Source of the DNA: Carcharhinus amblyrhynchos
Lineage: Eukaryota
DNA: 64,000 nt
Direction of reading: 5' to 3'
NCBI GenBank assembly: GCA_965287045.1
Contig: OZ336904.1
Location: 12,648,001 to 12,712,000 of the forward strand
Below, in pieces: positions 37,481-50,200 of the stretch; position 1 is the stretch's first letter, and each line of letters starts with the position of its first letter. Under the pieces are notes generated by a model. That model was not told where the DNA came from and made no database searches. It saw nothing but the letters and a program-made list of their open reading frames with translations. A program made the translations under genes and the position numbers.

Positions 37481-40478
37481 CATATGTTTTTATTCTTCTC
37501 TACACCATGTTCGCAGATTTAAACCTGTACTTTTTTTTAAAAGGGGAACACTGAAGGATGGAAACCACTTTAATATTCCACTTTAGTGAGCTGCTTCTGA
37601 CTGACCAGCCCCTTCCCCCACTCTGACGTAGTATAATTTCCTAGAACCAAAAAAAGTCAAAAAAAACTCAATAGATTCTTTACTAATACAAATTACAGCT
37701 GGAAATACGTCTCTAAGTTGACGGCATGCAAATTGCAATCTGCAAGAAGTCTCCACCAAGATACATGCCTTCTCCAGGCTACTCAGAATATCCCAAATGG
37801 ACAGGATCCCTCATTTGACCTATGTGAGTGGTCATGCAGAAATACAATAAAATTGCCTTCATATCAATTCCTACAACAGTTTCTATAACTCAAATGAGCT
37901 CAGAATCTGCAAAAAAAAAGCCAGACCCAGCATTACTATGTTGAAGGAAAGGATATTATTAAGCACCTTAACCGGACTCAAAGGATCAGCTTTCCAGAAT
38001 TTCAGTGGATGCAACTCTCTTCTTCCTACAAGCTAAAGTTGATTTACCGCCCCCCCCTTCCCCAATACCCAGCCAAACTTCTCTCCTTCATCCCCCTGCC
38101 TCTTACTGGTTTCCATTTTAAGTAAAAAGCTTTACTTTCCATCAGCTTGTGGTATTGAGGGAAACTGCATTGTCAGAGCTGCTAAAAATTTCATTTAAGA
38201 GCAGTTTCCCCACTTCCAGGCACCACTGCTCATCAAGCTCTGAATCTAAGCACTGTACATGTCTACAATGCAAAGTATAACTCTGAAAGAAGTGAAAACT
38301 TTGCTTTGAATCACAAAAAGATTAATAATCCTGTGCCCAGGAAAGCAAAAATAATAACAGAAGTGAATTACAAAACTACAACATTAAGTATTCTACACAA
38401 ATTAAGACAGTGATTGGACTGGAGAGGATGCTGGGGAGTTTAACTATCTCTTAATTTATCACTTAAAGAAGTTCCAATGCAGCCATCTTGAAAGATTCCT
38501 GATTTGTACTTTACCATTTTGCTAGTGCAGAAGATGTAGCTACAATCACAGCCAATTAGTGGACCATAGAAAACTTTGATTTTTGAACACAAGGAATTAT
38601 GTTGCATTTCATGTCCCTGAGATCTAAACTCTGGCTTAATTTGAAGCACTGTGCACAATATCTTACATAATCATTGCCAATATGGAGTTAATTCTGCCCC
38701 TGTTTGAACACAAGGAACTAAAAAAAAATGCGACCCAAGAGTATGACAGTATTTAATGTGTTTCGAACATCAAGATGTCCTCCAATACTGGGAAACAAAT
38801 TAAAAGATAGTTAAAAATACATGTTACAGCTTTTAATACAATGTTTGCATGGCCCCAGCCAATTTAGTTTCAAACAGCTTTCAAAAAAAAAACCACCTTA
38901 ACTAGAAATTTGTTTTTAAAATAATCTCAACCTTCCATTAAGCATTTACCATCCTTCAAAGTAACAAAAATTATTGCAGTCCCGGGGCAGGCTTGCTGCT
39001 TCTCTTCCGGCAACACTGGCCTCCGTGTCATTAGTATCTCTCAAACTTGGAGAGAATCTACTCACTACAATCCAAAAAACATTTGTAGAAAAATAGATGG
39101 CATTATTATTTTGATAAAACACTTTGCAGCGATAATTAGATGTAGCAGCAAAAAAAAACAAAAGGCATAAATTCAAAAGAAATATTGCTACTCATACAAT
39201 TGTCAAAACTACCACATGAAATAGAGGCGAGAGTATAACTATTTTAAATAATCCTTTGTAATATGCCCATAAATAGCTTTTGCTTCAAACTGATCCATGG
39301 CAAGACACTTTCAATATCACAAAGTAAATGACGTAATATATGCCTCTATTGACAATTTAAGATTTTAAAATTGCTTACTGATGTTTTGCGTAATTTCACT
39401 AATTCTGAAGACAAAAGATTTTGCAGCAGTAACAGCAGTGGTGCTTACTCCACTGAAACTGACAGCAGGGCAGAAGTGCAGAATAAGTTCAATACTCCCT
39501 CAAGGGGTGCGCCGTAGAGGTTTTCCCCACAGCGCGATCCCGAAGCAAGCATAAAACTGTGCAGTGTCATTAGTCAGATCTTATTGAATGTGTAACTATG
39601 TATTAACAGCATAGTGTGTCTAATTACATCTGAACACCCTCACTGGCCCTGAAAAGCTAATTTTATCTTTGTAGCATGTCAAATATTGCCATTATGATTT
39701 TTAAAAATCCAAATTAAGATTAAAAAAAGGAAGTTTGAATGAATTATAATAGTTAATTCATTATCTGAAAATGTAGATGAACAGTGAATCACTGATTTTA
39801 ACTTCCTGGTTGGCTAGCTGTTTAGAACACTGACTCACTACTTACCCTGCTTACTGACATCACTGCTGCTGGTGTTTGGTGATTTTCTCGACTTGGCACC
39901 AGATTTAAAACACTGTCAGGAAAAGGGGAATAAATCCATGGTAGGGATTGCTGGATTTTTCTGGCAGCTTTCTGAGGCCATTAGCAATGACCATCATTCC
40001 TGCACCAAAGGCCACAAAATCCAGTTCAATGTTCCCCTACCTAGAAGGCCCAGTTTGAAAGTGGAAGTTTACACTTCCTGGGGACATAGTCTCTCATTGT
40101 AAGAGTAGCTTGGGGCACATGTACAGCATGACTATACTGGAGGTCCATTAAATGATGCTCTTACTAAGGTTTTTTTGTGGAGGCAGGAGCATTTTACCAT
40201 TTAACACACCAAGGAATAGTGAATGAGTTTTCCTGCTTGGTCTTAAATTGTTTTTTCAAGGTTGCAAGGTGTATCTACAGAACATGCTGGTCAAGTTGAG
40301 GGCTTTTACTTCTTTGAATGTAGGGAAGTTGGAAACAAATATTTTCTTTCACAATTACTTTTAAGTTCAAAGAAAATTATTCATGTGACAACTCAACAGC
40401 TGAAGCTGACAGATGAGTTTCAAAAATATATACTCTCATGCTTGATCTCCTGACATTGCTGAAATAGTATTCACTTAC

Positions 40479-40487
40479 CAAACTGGC
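40479..40487 (-). other. Candidate 9-nt microexon (GCCAGTTTG)
   Basis: Minus strand ttgttgtctttAG|GCCAGTTTG|GTAAGT. Confidence 0.25.
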
Positions 40488-43340
40488 CTAAAGACAACAA
40501 CTCCACATCGGTGAAGTAAGCAGTTGCAAAAGGTTACAAACTGGAAGTACTCACAGAGGCACTGGAATAGCTTGTTTACCTTCAGGCATCACATGGCTGC
40601 AAAACATGCTTTGGGAGAAGGAAGATTTAAAAAGATACTGCACATGATCACTGATGATCTTTACTGGAAAAGACATGCAAGTGGATATCATGTGAGAATA
40701 GACTAAATACCCATCCAAATTTGAATAGTCTGCTACAAGTTGGTTTCATTTCCTGAGCTCTTAAGCCTTAGTTTCTTAGTTGCTCTGTGCCAAAGCTCTA
40801 CATTTCACCTTGCAAAAAAAAATGGGCATCAGCTTTGGAGATTCCTCCAAAAAGAGAGAATTTATACTAAAAATATCCTTATCACAGTTAGAAAATTGAA
40901 CTTTTAGTTCCAGTGAAAGGAACAATGCATGACCCTTAGTGACTTTCACAGTTGATTTGACATACAGATTCTATCAAACAGTATAAACATTATCTCCTAA
41001 ACTCCTCATTGTGTATTCCACTTGGATCACAAGTAAAATTGCCAAAACAAACATGCTGTTATTTCAACATAATTAAGATTGACCACTGATATTAGTTAAC
41101 TAGAATATGTACAACCAAATCAAGAATATACAAATTCAAGAAATACCTTGGCGCAGTCTGCTTTTGTTGAATCTGCAGATGGTAATACCCTGGATGTAAT
41201 ATTTAACTACGGACAAATATTCCTATCATGGACCATTTCCTAAAGAATAAATCGTGTAGAAATGATGAATGTTTTTAGCGGCTTATATTCTTTCCCATAT
41301 GTAAGCACTGCTGCACTATGCTGGCTGAAATATCTCATGCCATTAATCATAAGTTCTGAAATGTTTGCTTCATTCCTTCAAAAACAGCCTGTGTATTTTA
41401 ACCAAATAGGCCAGGTTTCCGAAGCCTTAAATAGGCGGGAAACCCATGCTTACGAAGGAAATAATTTATCTGATGCACCCATTTTGTAAATAATACAATC
41501 ATGCAATTGGTCATACAATTTTGTACTGTTATTTGAAATGGTCAGTATGTGAATTGATATGTGAAATTTGTAGGGGAGGTCAGATAATGATTTAATAGGT
41601 ATTGGTCAGCTAAACTAAATTGGTCATCAGTTTGCATATCAAGTTGCAGAAGATTTTTTGAACTTTTTTTGTCAAGTAAGCAGAAATACATTTTCTTTAA
41701 TGATAATTTGAAGCATAAGAGTACAATTTACCAACTGCTTTGTGTTTTTTAAATTCAAACAAAATCTTTTCAGATATTTTTAAAAACACACACACACATT
41801 TTCCTTTTGCTAATCACTATAGGAGCACCTTCACTGAAGAGTGCATCAGGTAATGAAATGCTGGATCTATCATGCCTGCAGCTGGTTCACAAATGATTAG
41901 TTATCTGCCTCACCTCCCTGCAGAATAGTGAAAATATCCCAATTACTTTTCTGTGCTGACTGTATTTTATTAAGCAGCAACTGCACAAATTAATTCAAAT
42001 CATGCAAAATATAACGTAAGAGATCCATTTTATTTGATGGTATTCTCCTTCCAAATGCAATTTGTATATGGTGTTCACTTAGCTGTCTATTCAGGTAACA
42101 ATCCCCAAGCCATCTGGAGCTGGATTGGCATGTCATTATTTGATCTGGCTTGGGAAAGCTGATTGAAATGTACTAGAACAGGAAGCTTTAACACTTAATA
42201 GCAAAAAATTAAAACCGGAAGTTTTAACCATCGTTTCAAATGAGATGCTATGTCAGGTCAGTAAAGCCAATGTTTAAAATCTTCCATTTCAATGAGATGG
42301 CTATAAGTGATGCAATTGTTGACCTTTCGGATATATATTTCTGCTCAGGGCAGACGAGATTATATCACTTTTGTACAGTGGGTGAGAAGGTACGCCTGCA
42401 TGCAACAATGGAGACTGAAGAAGATTCTATAAAATCCAAGTTACAGAACTGCCTTTTGCTGTATACCTAACGCACATTGCTTCTTTTAGTAGAAACGTCA
42501 ATGAGGAATGATGAACTTGTATTTATTTTGCGACCTCAAGATGTCACAAAAAATTTTTCACAGCCAACGAAGTATTTGTTTTTCACTTGTGTGGACAAGT
42601 TACCTTTTTGAAATCATATGATCAGAGTTAACATTTTGACTGTTAACACTTTCAGCAGATGAAACGGTGTTTAGTATGCCATGTCTCTCTCCAGTGTAGT
42701 GGGGCGAGCTTTCAATGGCAGCTGCACATTTAGTTGAACACTGTCTTATGACTAAGGACTCTACTAATGGTAGTTTTTAAAAAAATGAATGAGGGTTTGT
42801 ACAAATTAATATATTTCTCATTCTAGATTTTCTTTAAGCTGATATGCAAAGGCACAAGTAAAATTTACAAATATAGAGTGTACCGAATCATTATGAACAT
42901 TGTAGATTCAAAATATCCTTCAATTCCCTATTTTTAAACTGGCATTACAAATGCATGATGATATTTGTACAATTTTATTTTTCAGAGACAAACAATTTCA
43001 TTACATTTAAAGTTATGGGTAACAGACTCATACACAGAAATACCACAAAATTAAATATCACTCAAAAAGTTTTTTTTCTTCGTGAGATTATAGCACTGAT
43101 TATTATAGATAAAAACAATTGGCAAAGATGCATTACATAGACTGTTAAGTGACATAGAAAGCTATATTTTGCTAAAAATCTCAAATAAAAAAAGGTTTAA
43201 AAATTGATAAAGGAATTTTCATCCAGTTAAAGGATGCAGCTATTACCTTGGTTAGTACTTTACAGCATCATGATTTGTTGTGTTTAACAGGTAGATAAGA
43301 AATATTGACAGGCCTGCTTAATGTATGCATTAATGTGCTA

Positions 43341-43344
43341 GTAT

Positions 43345-43403
<59 letters not shown>
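43341..43403. repeat. Compound (CA)n(TA)n microsatellite
   Basis: Read directly from the sequence. Confidence 0.97.
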
Positions 43404-43524
43404 AATGGCCACTTTTTTGGGGTAACTAAAATGCCAATAAAAAAGATAAACTTCAAAAATAACAATACATTTGTGAATAACCACAAAAAGATCTAATTCC
43501 ATTCATCAATAATGTAATCAAGCG

Positions 43525-43720
43525 CTACACAGAGGGTGGTGGATGCCTGGAACTCGCTGCTGGGGGAAGCAGATGTGATATTAACTTTTAAGGAGTATCT
43601 TGACAAATACATGAATAGGATGGGAAGAAGGGGATATATTCCTTGGAAGTTTAAGGGGTATTAGTTCAACACAGGCTTGGAGGGCTGAAGGGTCTGCTCC
43701 TGTGCTGTAACTTTGTTATT
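43525..43720 (+). mobile_element. CR1 3' end fragment
   Basis: acacagagggtggtggatgcctggaactcgctgc...cacaggcttggagggctgaagggtctgctcctgtgctgta. Confidence 0.8.
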
Positions 43721-44899
43721 TGTACAAGAATGCTCAGGTTTTATCAACTCAGACTTTTATTTGGTACAATAAAACAAAAGGTTGTAATTAATGAATATGA
43801 GTATTTATGTTGCCACTGATTGAATACAGTTACCATGCACATGTTGGCAGATTATAGTAAAGTGCAAGCTAACAAAGAAACTACTAACTGCTATTAGTGT
43901 CTCAACTACACTTCCACATTCTCAAACGCAACTGGGTGCTCATACTATTAATAAAAAACACTTTAGCATGTTTTTGCTGGGAGTGGGCAAGGTAGTAATG
44001 AGCAAATGAACATGAAAGAAGGAAGAGTCAACAGCACCGAGGACACTTTTTAAAATTTGTACTAGAAAAACATTGGCTTTGAAAGAGAGGATGGGATTCA
44101 AAGAATTTCCTGTGAAATTTCAAACTAGAAAAAGTCAAAATTATAGAAAGGAAGGTCATGGGTCAAAAACTGAATAAATGTTCTAAAAAAAACAAGAAAA
44201 ATGAAATAGACTTTGAATTCAAAAACAAATAAGAAGCAATTTGGCCTTTTTGTTTGATTAAATGTTTAGATGAAATGCACAAAGCAAATACCGTATGGGA
44301 AGACTCAAATGAGAAGATCCTGGAGCCTTGAGTAGCTGAAGCATTGAAGACTGTGATGATGATCCTGGCACTAGCATAAGCATTGTGTAAAAGGAAGTAT
44401 GTTTGGTCAACTGGCAAAGGAAATTTCAAAGATTTACCAACCCAAACATGACTGAGAACACCGGTTTAAATATTAATATAAAATGATATTGGTCTGTGAA
44501 GTCTCATAAAAAAGGTTAAAACAAGCTGAATCTAGGTATTACCTAAATTACATTAATTAGTCCCCCCACCACTCATCACCACGCCCCCCCCCCTTGTCAT
44601 CCCACCCTCTCCTCCAAAATGAATGGCTGCAAAATTACTAGTATTTTAGGGGAGTTAAAGCTGAGCTGCTCCACACAAGCCAATTTACCATAGAACAAAG
44701 AATATGGTAAAATCTGAGTTGTTTTTCTATTTGGATTTCTACAGTGCAACACTGAGAATTCCTTCACTTTCAAAATAAATTACTACTTGTAACTACTAAA
44801 CAGCCCACCCCTCCCCCACTCCTCCACCCCCATACACAAACCCAGCTCTTTCCTGGTTATGTAACAGACTGAAACTAAACCACCATTACTTTCCCCTCT

Positions 44900-46080
44900 G
44901 CAAAACAGTGACAAAAAGATAACTAAAAATGGCCCCAATTATTACTTACCAGGGAGCAGGAGTAATAAAATGTATATGTTCCTCTAGTTGAGAATGGGTT
45001 AAATCCTGTGAATGTCACATTAACGCTCAACACATTATGCGGTCTTCATTTGACTTAGCCATTTTTCACAGTTCCCAATACTAGGATATTGTTTAAGTAG
45101 GTTATGAACCTCCAGTTAGCAGCCATTTTGGTCGTTCTGAAGGGTGACCGCTTTATATAGGTTCCAGTGCACTAAATATAAAAGAGTTGTTTTCCAAGAA
45201 ATATACCACTTTGAATTTAAGACACAAAGCAAATGCAAATCATTTACATACATTTCATTTTGCAAGTTGTTTGCCCCTAAAATTAATATTAAAAATATCT
45301 TTTTTTGTGGTGGGGGGGTTAGAAGGAGTGCAAAAAAGAGAAAAACTCTGTTGTTGAGACAGAAAGAAAAAAATAATTCTGCCTACTTGGCATTAAAAGT
45401 TGGTATATGAAATCTACACTTCCACAAATAAACCACAGGAACTTGCCCGAGGCATTTTAGGAGGAGGGAACAGCCACAACTGTCAGCCATTTTGAGGCTG
45501 CAGAGGCACGGGTAGTTAAGACTACTGTAGTTTCATCCCACTTCAAACTAAACAGTTACTTCTCTATAGAGAGCAGCTAAAACATGGTTTCCTGCTCTGC
45601 AGTACCACTCTACAATTATTTACTTTAGCTGGGGTATGGGTGTATATGTTTGACTGTGTGTGTGTGTATATATACACACACACATGTGCACAATATTCCT
45701 TGCCTGCTACAGTCAGATAGCTGCAAGCGCACAACCACATTAACAACAACAACAGGACTTACCAGCAGACAGCAAGCTCTGATTGTTGGGTATGCAACTA
45801 CAGTATAGCAGATGTGTCTGGAGGCGGCCCCTCACTGACGTCAACTGCCTGTCAGTCACACTAGGCAATTAGCAAGCAGGATTCAACTGTGTAAGTTTGC
45901 TTGCTGCTTCCTAGGAATCCAGGCCAGAGATTCCAGGCTGCCAGAGCAAGCCAGACGGCTGTTGGAACCGGCAGGCACCAGGAGGAGGGGGAAGGGGGAG
46001 GAAACAAAGAAGCCCCACTTCAAGAACATACAGGAGGAAATTGCCAGAATGCAAGATCTGCCTCTTAGTCTAAGCCTAAA
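44900..46080 (-). promoter_or_regulatory. Candidate internal promoter / non-coding first exon with YY1 cluster
   Basis: CRE TGACGTCA at 45836-45843, GC-rich patch, donor CTG|GTAAGT after 45763. YY1 motifs at 45058, 45119-45130 and 45484-45494 on the minus strand, and 44925 on the plus strand. Confidence 0.45.
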
Positions 46081-47132
46081 ACCCATTATTTAAATTTATG
46101 CCCCACTCAAAACGTGTGTGACTCCTTCCTTTTCCAGAACTATAAATTACTTTTTCTTCCCCCAAGTGATTTAAAGTCAATTAAAACCAAAATAAACACC
46201 TCAATTTTAATCTTAAAATAGAATGAGGCTGGTTTTCTAGGTTCACTTCCTTAAAATTAAAACCCCTTTAAAAATTACTTACGTAGTCAGGGAACATACT
46301 AGTGCTATATATAAGGTATTTAATATTTTACTCTACAATTTTCACAGTACTAAAAATATCCAACACCTCAAATTTAAATTACATCATGCTTTCATTACCA
46401 ATACATCAATGATAATTTACTTTATTGAAACTAGAAATGTTCCCTCCTCTTTGTTCCATTTTCTCGCTTACTATGTTAAGTACACAGCCAGCAGCACAAT
46501 CTGCTTTTCATTTCACTGGATTTCACTGGTGGGTGAGAAAGATCTAGATGACTCACGCTCACAGAACTCGCCAGTTATAACACATCTTTGCAATTGTGAA
46601 ATAAAGAGCAGGCTGGTCACCATGCATTATCCTCTATAATAGCATATGTTCTATATGTGCTGTTTCAACATATATACATAGCCTTCTAATGTTAGTTTTG
46701 CGTCAGATCTAGTTACACTGCAAGAATTACTCAGAAAAAAGGAAATGATTGCATCAAACACCATGTTGCAGCAGACAGCATAGATCTAACGTTAACCAAG
46801 AAACTTGGTTAGCCAAATAACAGATATAGAGAACAAAGCACCAAAAATTAGTGAATAAAATTGGGGAGAAGTATACTAGGAATACAACTGGAAAGACGTG
46901 CAAGGTCAACCCAAGGACAACACTGAAGGCCTTGTGATGTTTGCCACTTGCACGCGGTAAGCACACTGAAATAATCATGGCAATCAAATGCCCAATTCCT
47001 TCAGATGATCAAAAATAAGGTAATTGGGAAGCTTGATTTTTTTTGGGGGGGGGGGGTGGGCAGGGAGAGAAAGAGAAAGAATTGCCTGTTAGAATTGATC
47101 CCTTAAAAAAAACATACAGAAAAATTACTCAC

Positions 47133-47232
47133 GACAGTCTGCAAGAAGTTTTTTTTATTCCTGTCTCCTGGAGGTTGTAAACAGCTTTCCAAACAGTGAA
47201 AACTGTGATAGAGATATTTTTGCTTCAGTTTT
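47133..47232 (-). other. Candidate 100-nt exon (UTR or frame-shifting)
   Basis: Acceptor TTTTTTTTAG| and donor GTC|GTGAGT. No recognisable peptide. Confidence 0.35.
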
Positions 47233-50200
47233 CTAAAAAAAACTTGCTCATGGCTTCATAGCAGCCTCCCAATACCCCCTCCCCCACACTCACCCCCCAG
47301 GAGTTTCAAGTAGGTAGAAATTCAAATCTAGTTTTGAATAGCCCATTAAAGACAAAAAATAAATGAGGTATTTTAGATGTTCAAACACAAAAATAGTTAG
47401 AAACTGTCGACAATAAGTTCCTTCACTAAGAACACAGAACATCACTCCACATAAGCATTACACAATTAGCAGCTCTCTGAATGATAAACAGTCAGATTAC
47501 AAAGAGAGATCCTCCTGCACACAGCATTGTGTGTGAAAGAAACTGGATTAGGAAAATCAGGTAGTGAAAGGGGATATCTGAGGTTCTAAGCAATCTCTGA
47601 TCACATGATTCCAGCTGCTGAGCTCTTTGCATAATGGAGGATGCCAGAGTCCCAGCAGAATGCACAAAATGGCTCCCTTGCCTGCTGCTATTTCAGGAGC
47701 TCACATCAGTGGGAACTGGCCAAACCATTCAATTTATTTCAAGTTACTCCTGGATCTTATTTATCACTTTGGAAAAAATACTACTACCAGAACACTGCTG
47801 TTCCAAAAACCATTGTAGTGTTTGTGTCAAAAACAACAAACTGAATGCACTAAAATGTGTACTTAACATATTAACCCATTTTCCACAAAATGTCAGTGGA
47901 GATAGCGCAGCAGGATAAGCTCTGTATCACACTGACGGAGAATTAAAATATTCTGGCTGCTATCCATTATTCAATAACTGGGTTTATTTTAGAAAATCTC
48001 TGTGCTAAGAATCAGCAGTTTTAACTGCACAAAAAAGGGTTTAAAATATCATACGCTCCGCATCCAACAATTTACATTAGGAGTCAATGCACAATGGCAC
48101 AGGTGTTAAATAAGATGTCTAGACGAATTTAATATTTAAGAATAGTTCTCTCTTACCTGGATTAAAAAAAAGCTGATGTAAATTCTGAAGTACTTAAACC
48201 CAACACAAGGGATTACAGGAACAACATTACCCCATGTGCTCAACCAGAGTCACCAGCAACTAGTTTCTACATGGCATATCCAAATATCAATCCAAGAGAC
48301 GCATAGTTCTTAAATTTAGTACAATTAAGATTAAAATAACAAATCTTATATACCACTATACTACACATCCACTTTCCTGATTATATGAGTTGAGTGTACT
48401 ATTTGCATAATTTAAGTGGAGTTCAGCCCTAGGGGTGGTTGGCAAAAGCAGGAAAATCATTGAAAAGTTCTGTGTTCCAAAGCAGTATAATTCAAAACAC
48501 TGTAAAAAAGTTCCCAATTGCACGATGATCAATATTAAAAAAGGTGCTTCTGCATTGCATGAAACCCACCATGTTAGTGCGCTTGATTCTAGGAACTTGG
48601 GTTTTGTGCAGTAGGCCACTGAGAATTGCCAAGATTGAAGATCTGTTTTAAAACAGGTTCTTCAAGATATTAGTTTTAGTTGGTCTCCACTGTTTTGTGA
48701 CTGGTAGCTTGCTTCTTGAGCACTAGAGTTCAGGATCCACCAACACAGGGATCTTCTAATTCATTTTGGGGATCGTGAGTCACTTTTAAATGCAAACGAA
48801 ATGGTGTTAACAATGGAAAACATCTTTGCGCGCATGTTCTTCATGAGAAGCTGGGTTGGGATGGGAGGGGCAGGAAGGGAGGAAACACTGATCTAGCAGA
48901 TAATTCAAGGCATTCCTCATAAACAGGTTGGTTAAATCAGGATGCTGGCTTGAGCAAGTCATGCTGAGTATTTATCTTTTTCATCTACAGATGTTTGTTA
49001 TCTGATCTTAAAGATTTAATACCTTACTTACTACTGGCATTATGCTAATTGCTGTACAATTCCCTGGATTGCCATTTTGGCACTATTCCTTTTCATTGTA
49101 GGAATAAAACCTTATTGATATAAGTACCTCCCCTGTTTGAGTAGCCCAATTTTACATAGTCTTAAATGCATCACATTGTAGAGAACTCCTGATTTGCAGG
49201 ACTTAGTTATAAATAGTAAGCCTTTCAGACCAAGATTCGATGGTGATCTGGGTTGCAGTTAAGGTCCTACTGACAAAAAGCAGCAGTCGTTCCTACTTGC
49301 AATTACTACGCAGTGAGTCTTCCTGAAAGATCACAATTTTGGCTGATGTTGAGCAAACTTGTTTACACCATTTTGACTCCTGTAACTGCCACCATGAGGT
49401 ACAGGAGGGCAGCTAGCATCAGAACTGTTCTGAAGGCAACTTACTGCTGGAGTAAAAAGGAGAGTTGAGGAAAAACTAGCCTAAGTTCCTGCTTATCACT
49501 GCTGTCCAAAGACCACTATAGCAAAATGCAACACAGATAATGAACAAAAAACAGGATCATATTTGTTTGTCTCCTAATAGTCTATTAATCACTGTCCCAA
49601 TTCCCAGCTGATGAATGCCTTGTCCCAACTGGTGAATTATGACTTGGTTAATTGCTAGAAGCTAGCATTCCTAGGACCACAACCAACAGTTATCATCAAC
49701 AAGGAAAGAAAACAACTGGTAATATATCAATCACTGCAATACCTTAGCAAAAAATTTGAAAGATTCAAAGAGACTGGCTGGTTTTAGTGACTTCCACTGG
49801 CTCTACTAAAATACAACTGCAATACTGAAAAAAAATCCAAAATAGTGCCTGATTACATGTAAAAGGACTGGAGATACGTACGATTAAACAAAGAGACCAT
49901 TTAAATAGCAAGAAGAATGATCAGCTGACCTATCTTCTGGTGATATTTGCCGAGGTAGTTGTATCACCTGGGATAACTACCTGTCCTTCCAAAGAAGGCC
50001 ATGAAATCTCAAGTTCACCCAAATGAGGGCAGCAACACAAGTGAATCACTTTAACAATGCAGCTCTTCCTTAGCACTGCAGCCAGCTTACCTCTGGTGTT
50101 CAAAGCCTGAAGTATAGCTTCAAATAAACATCCTACTGACTCCCAGGGGTGAAAATATTATCAACTGATATAGTGGAATGTGCAAGGGAGTTTGGAAAAA

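Noticed and set aside
41147-41172. Second minus-strand microexon (TGCAG|...AAG|GTATTT)
   Set aside because: 26 nt, so not frame-preserving, with a weak pyrimidine tract and a weak donor.
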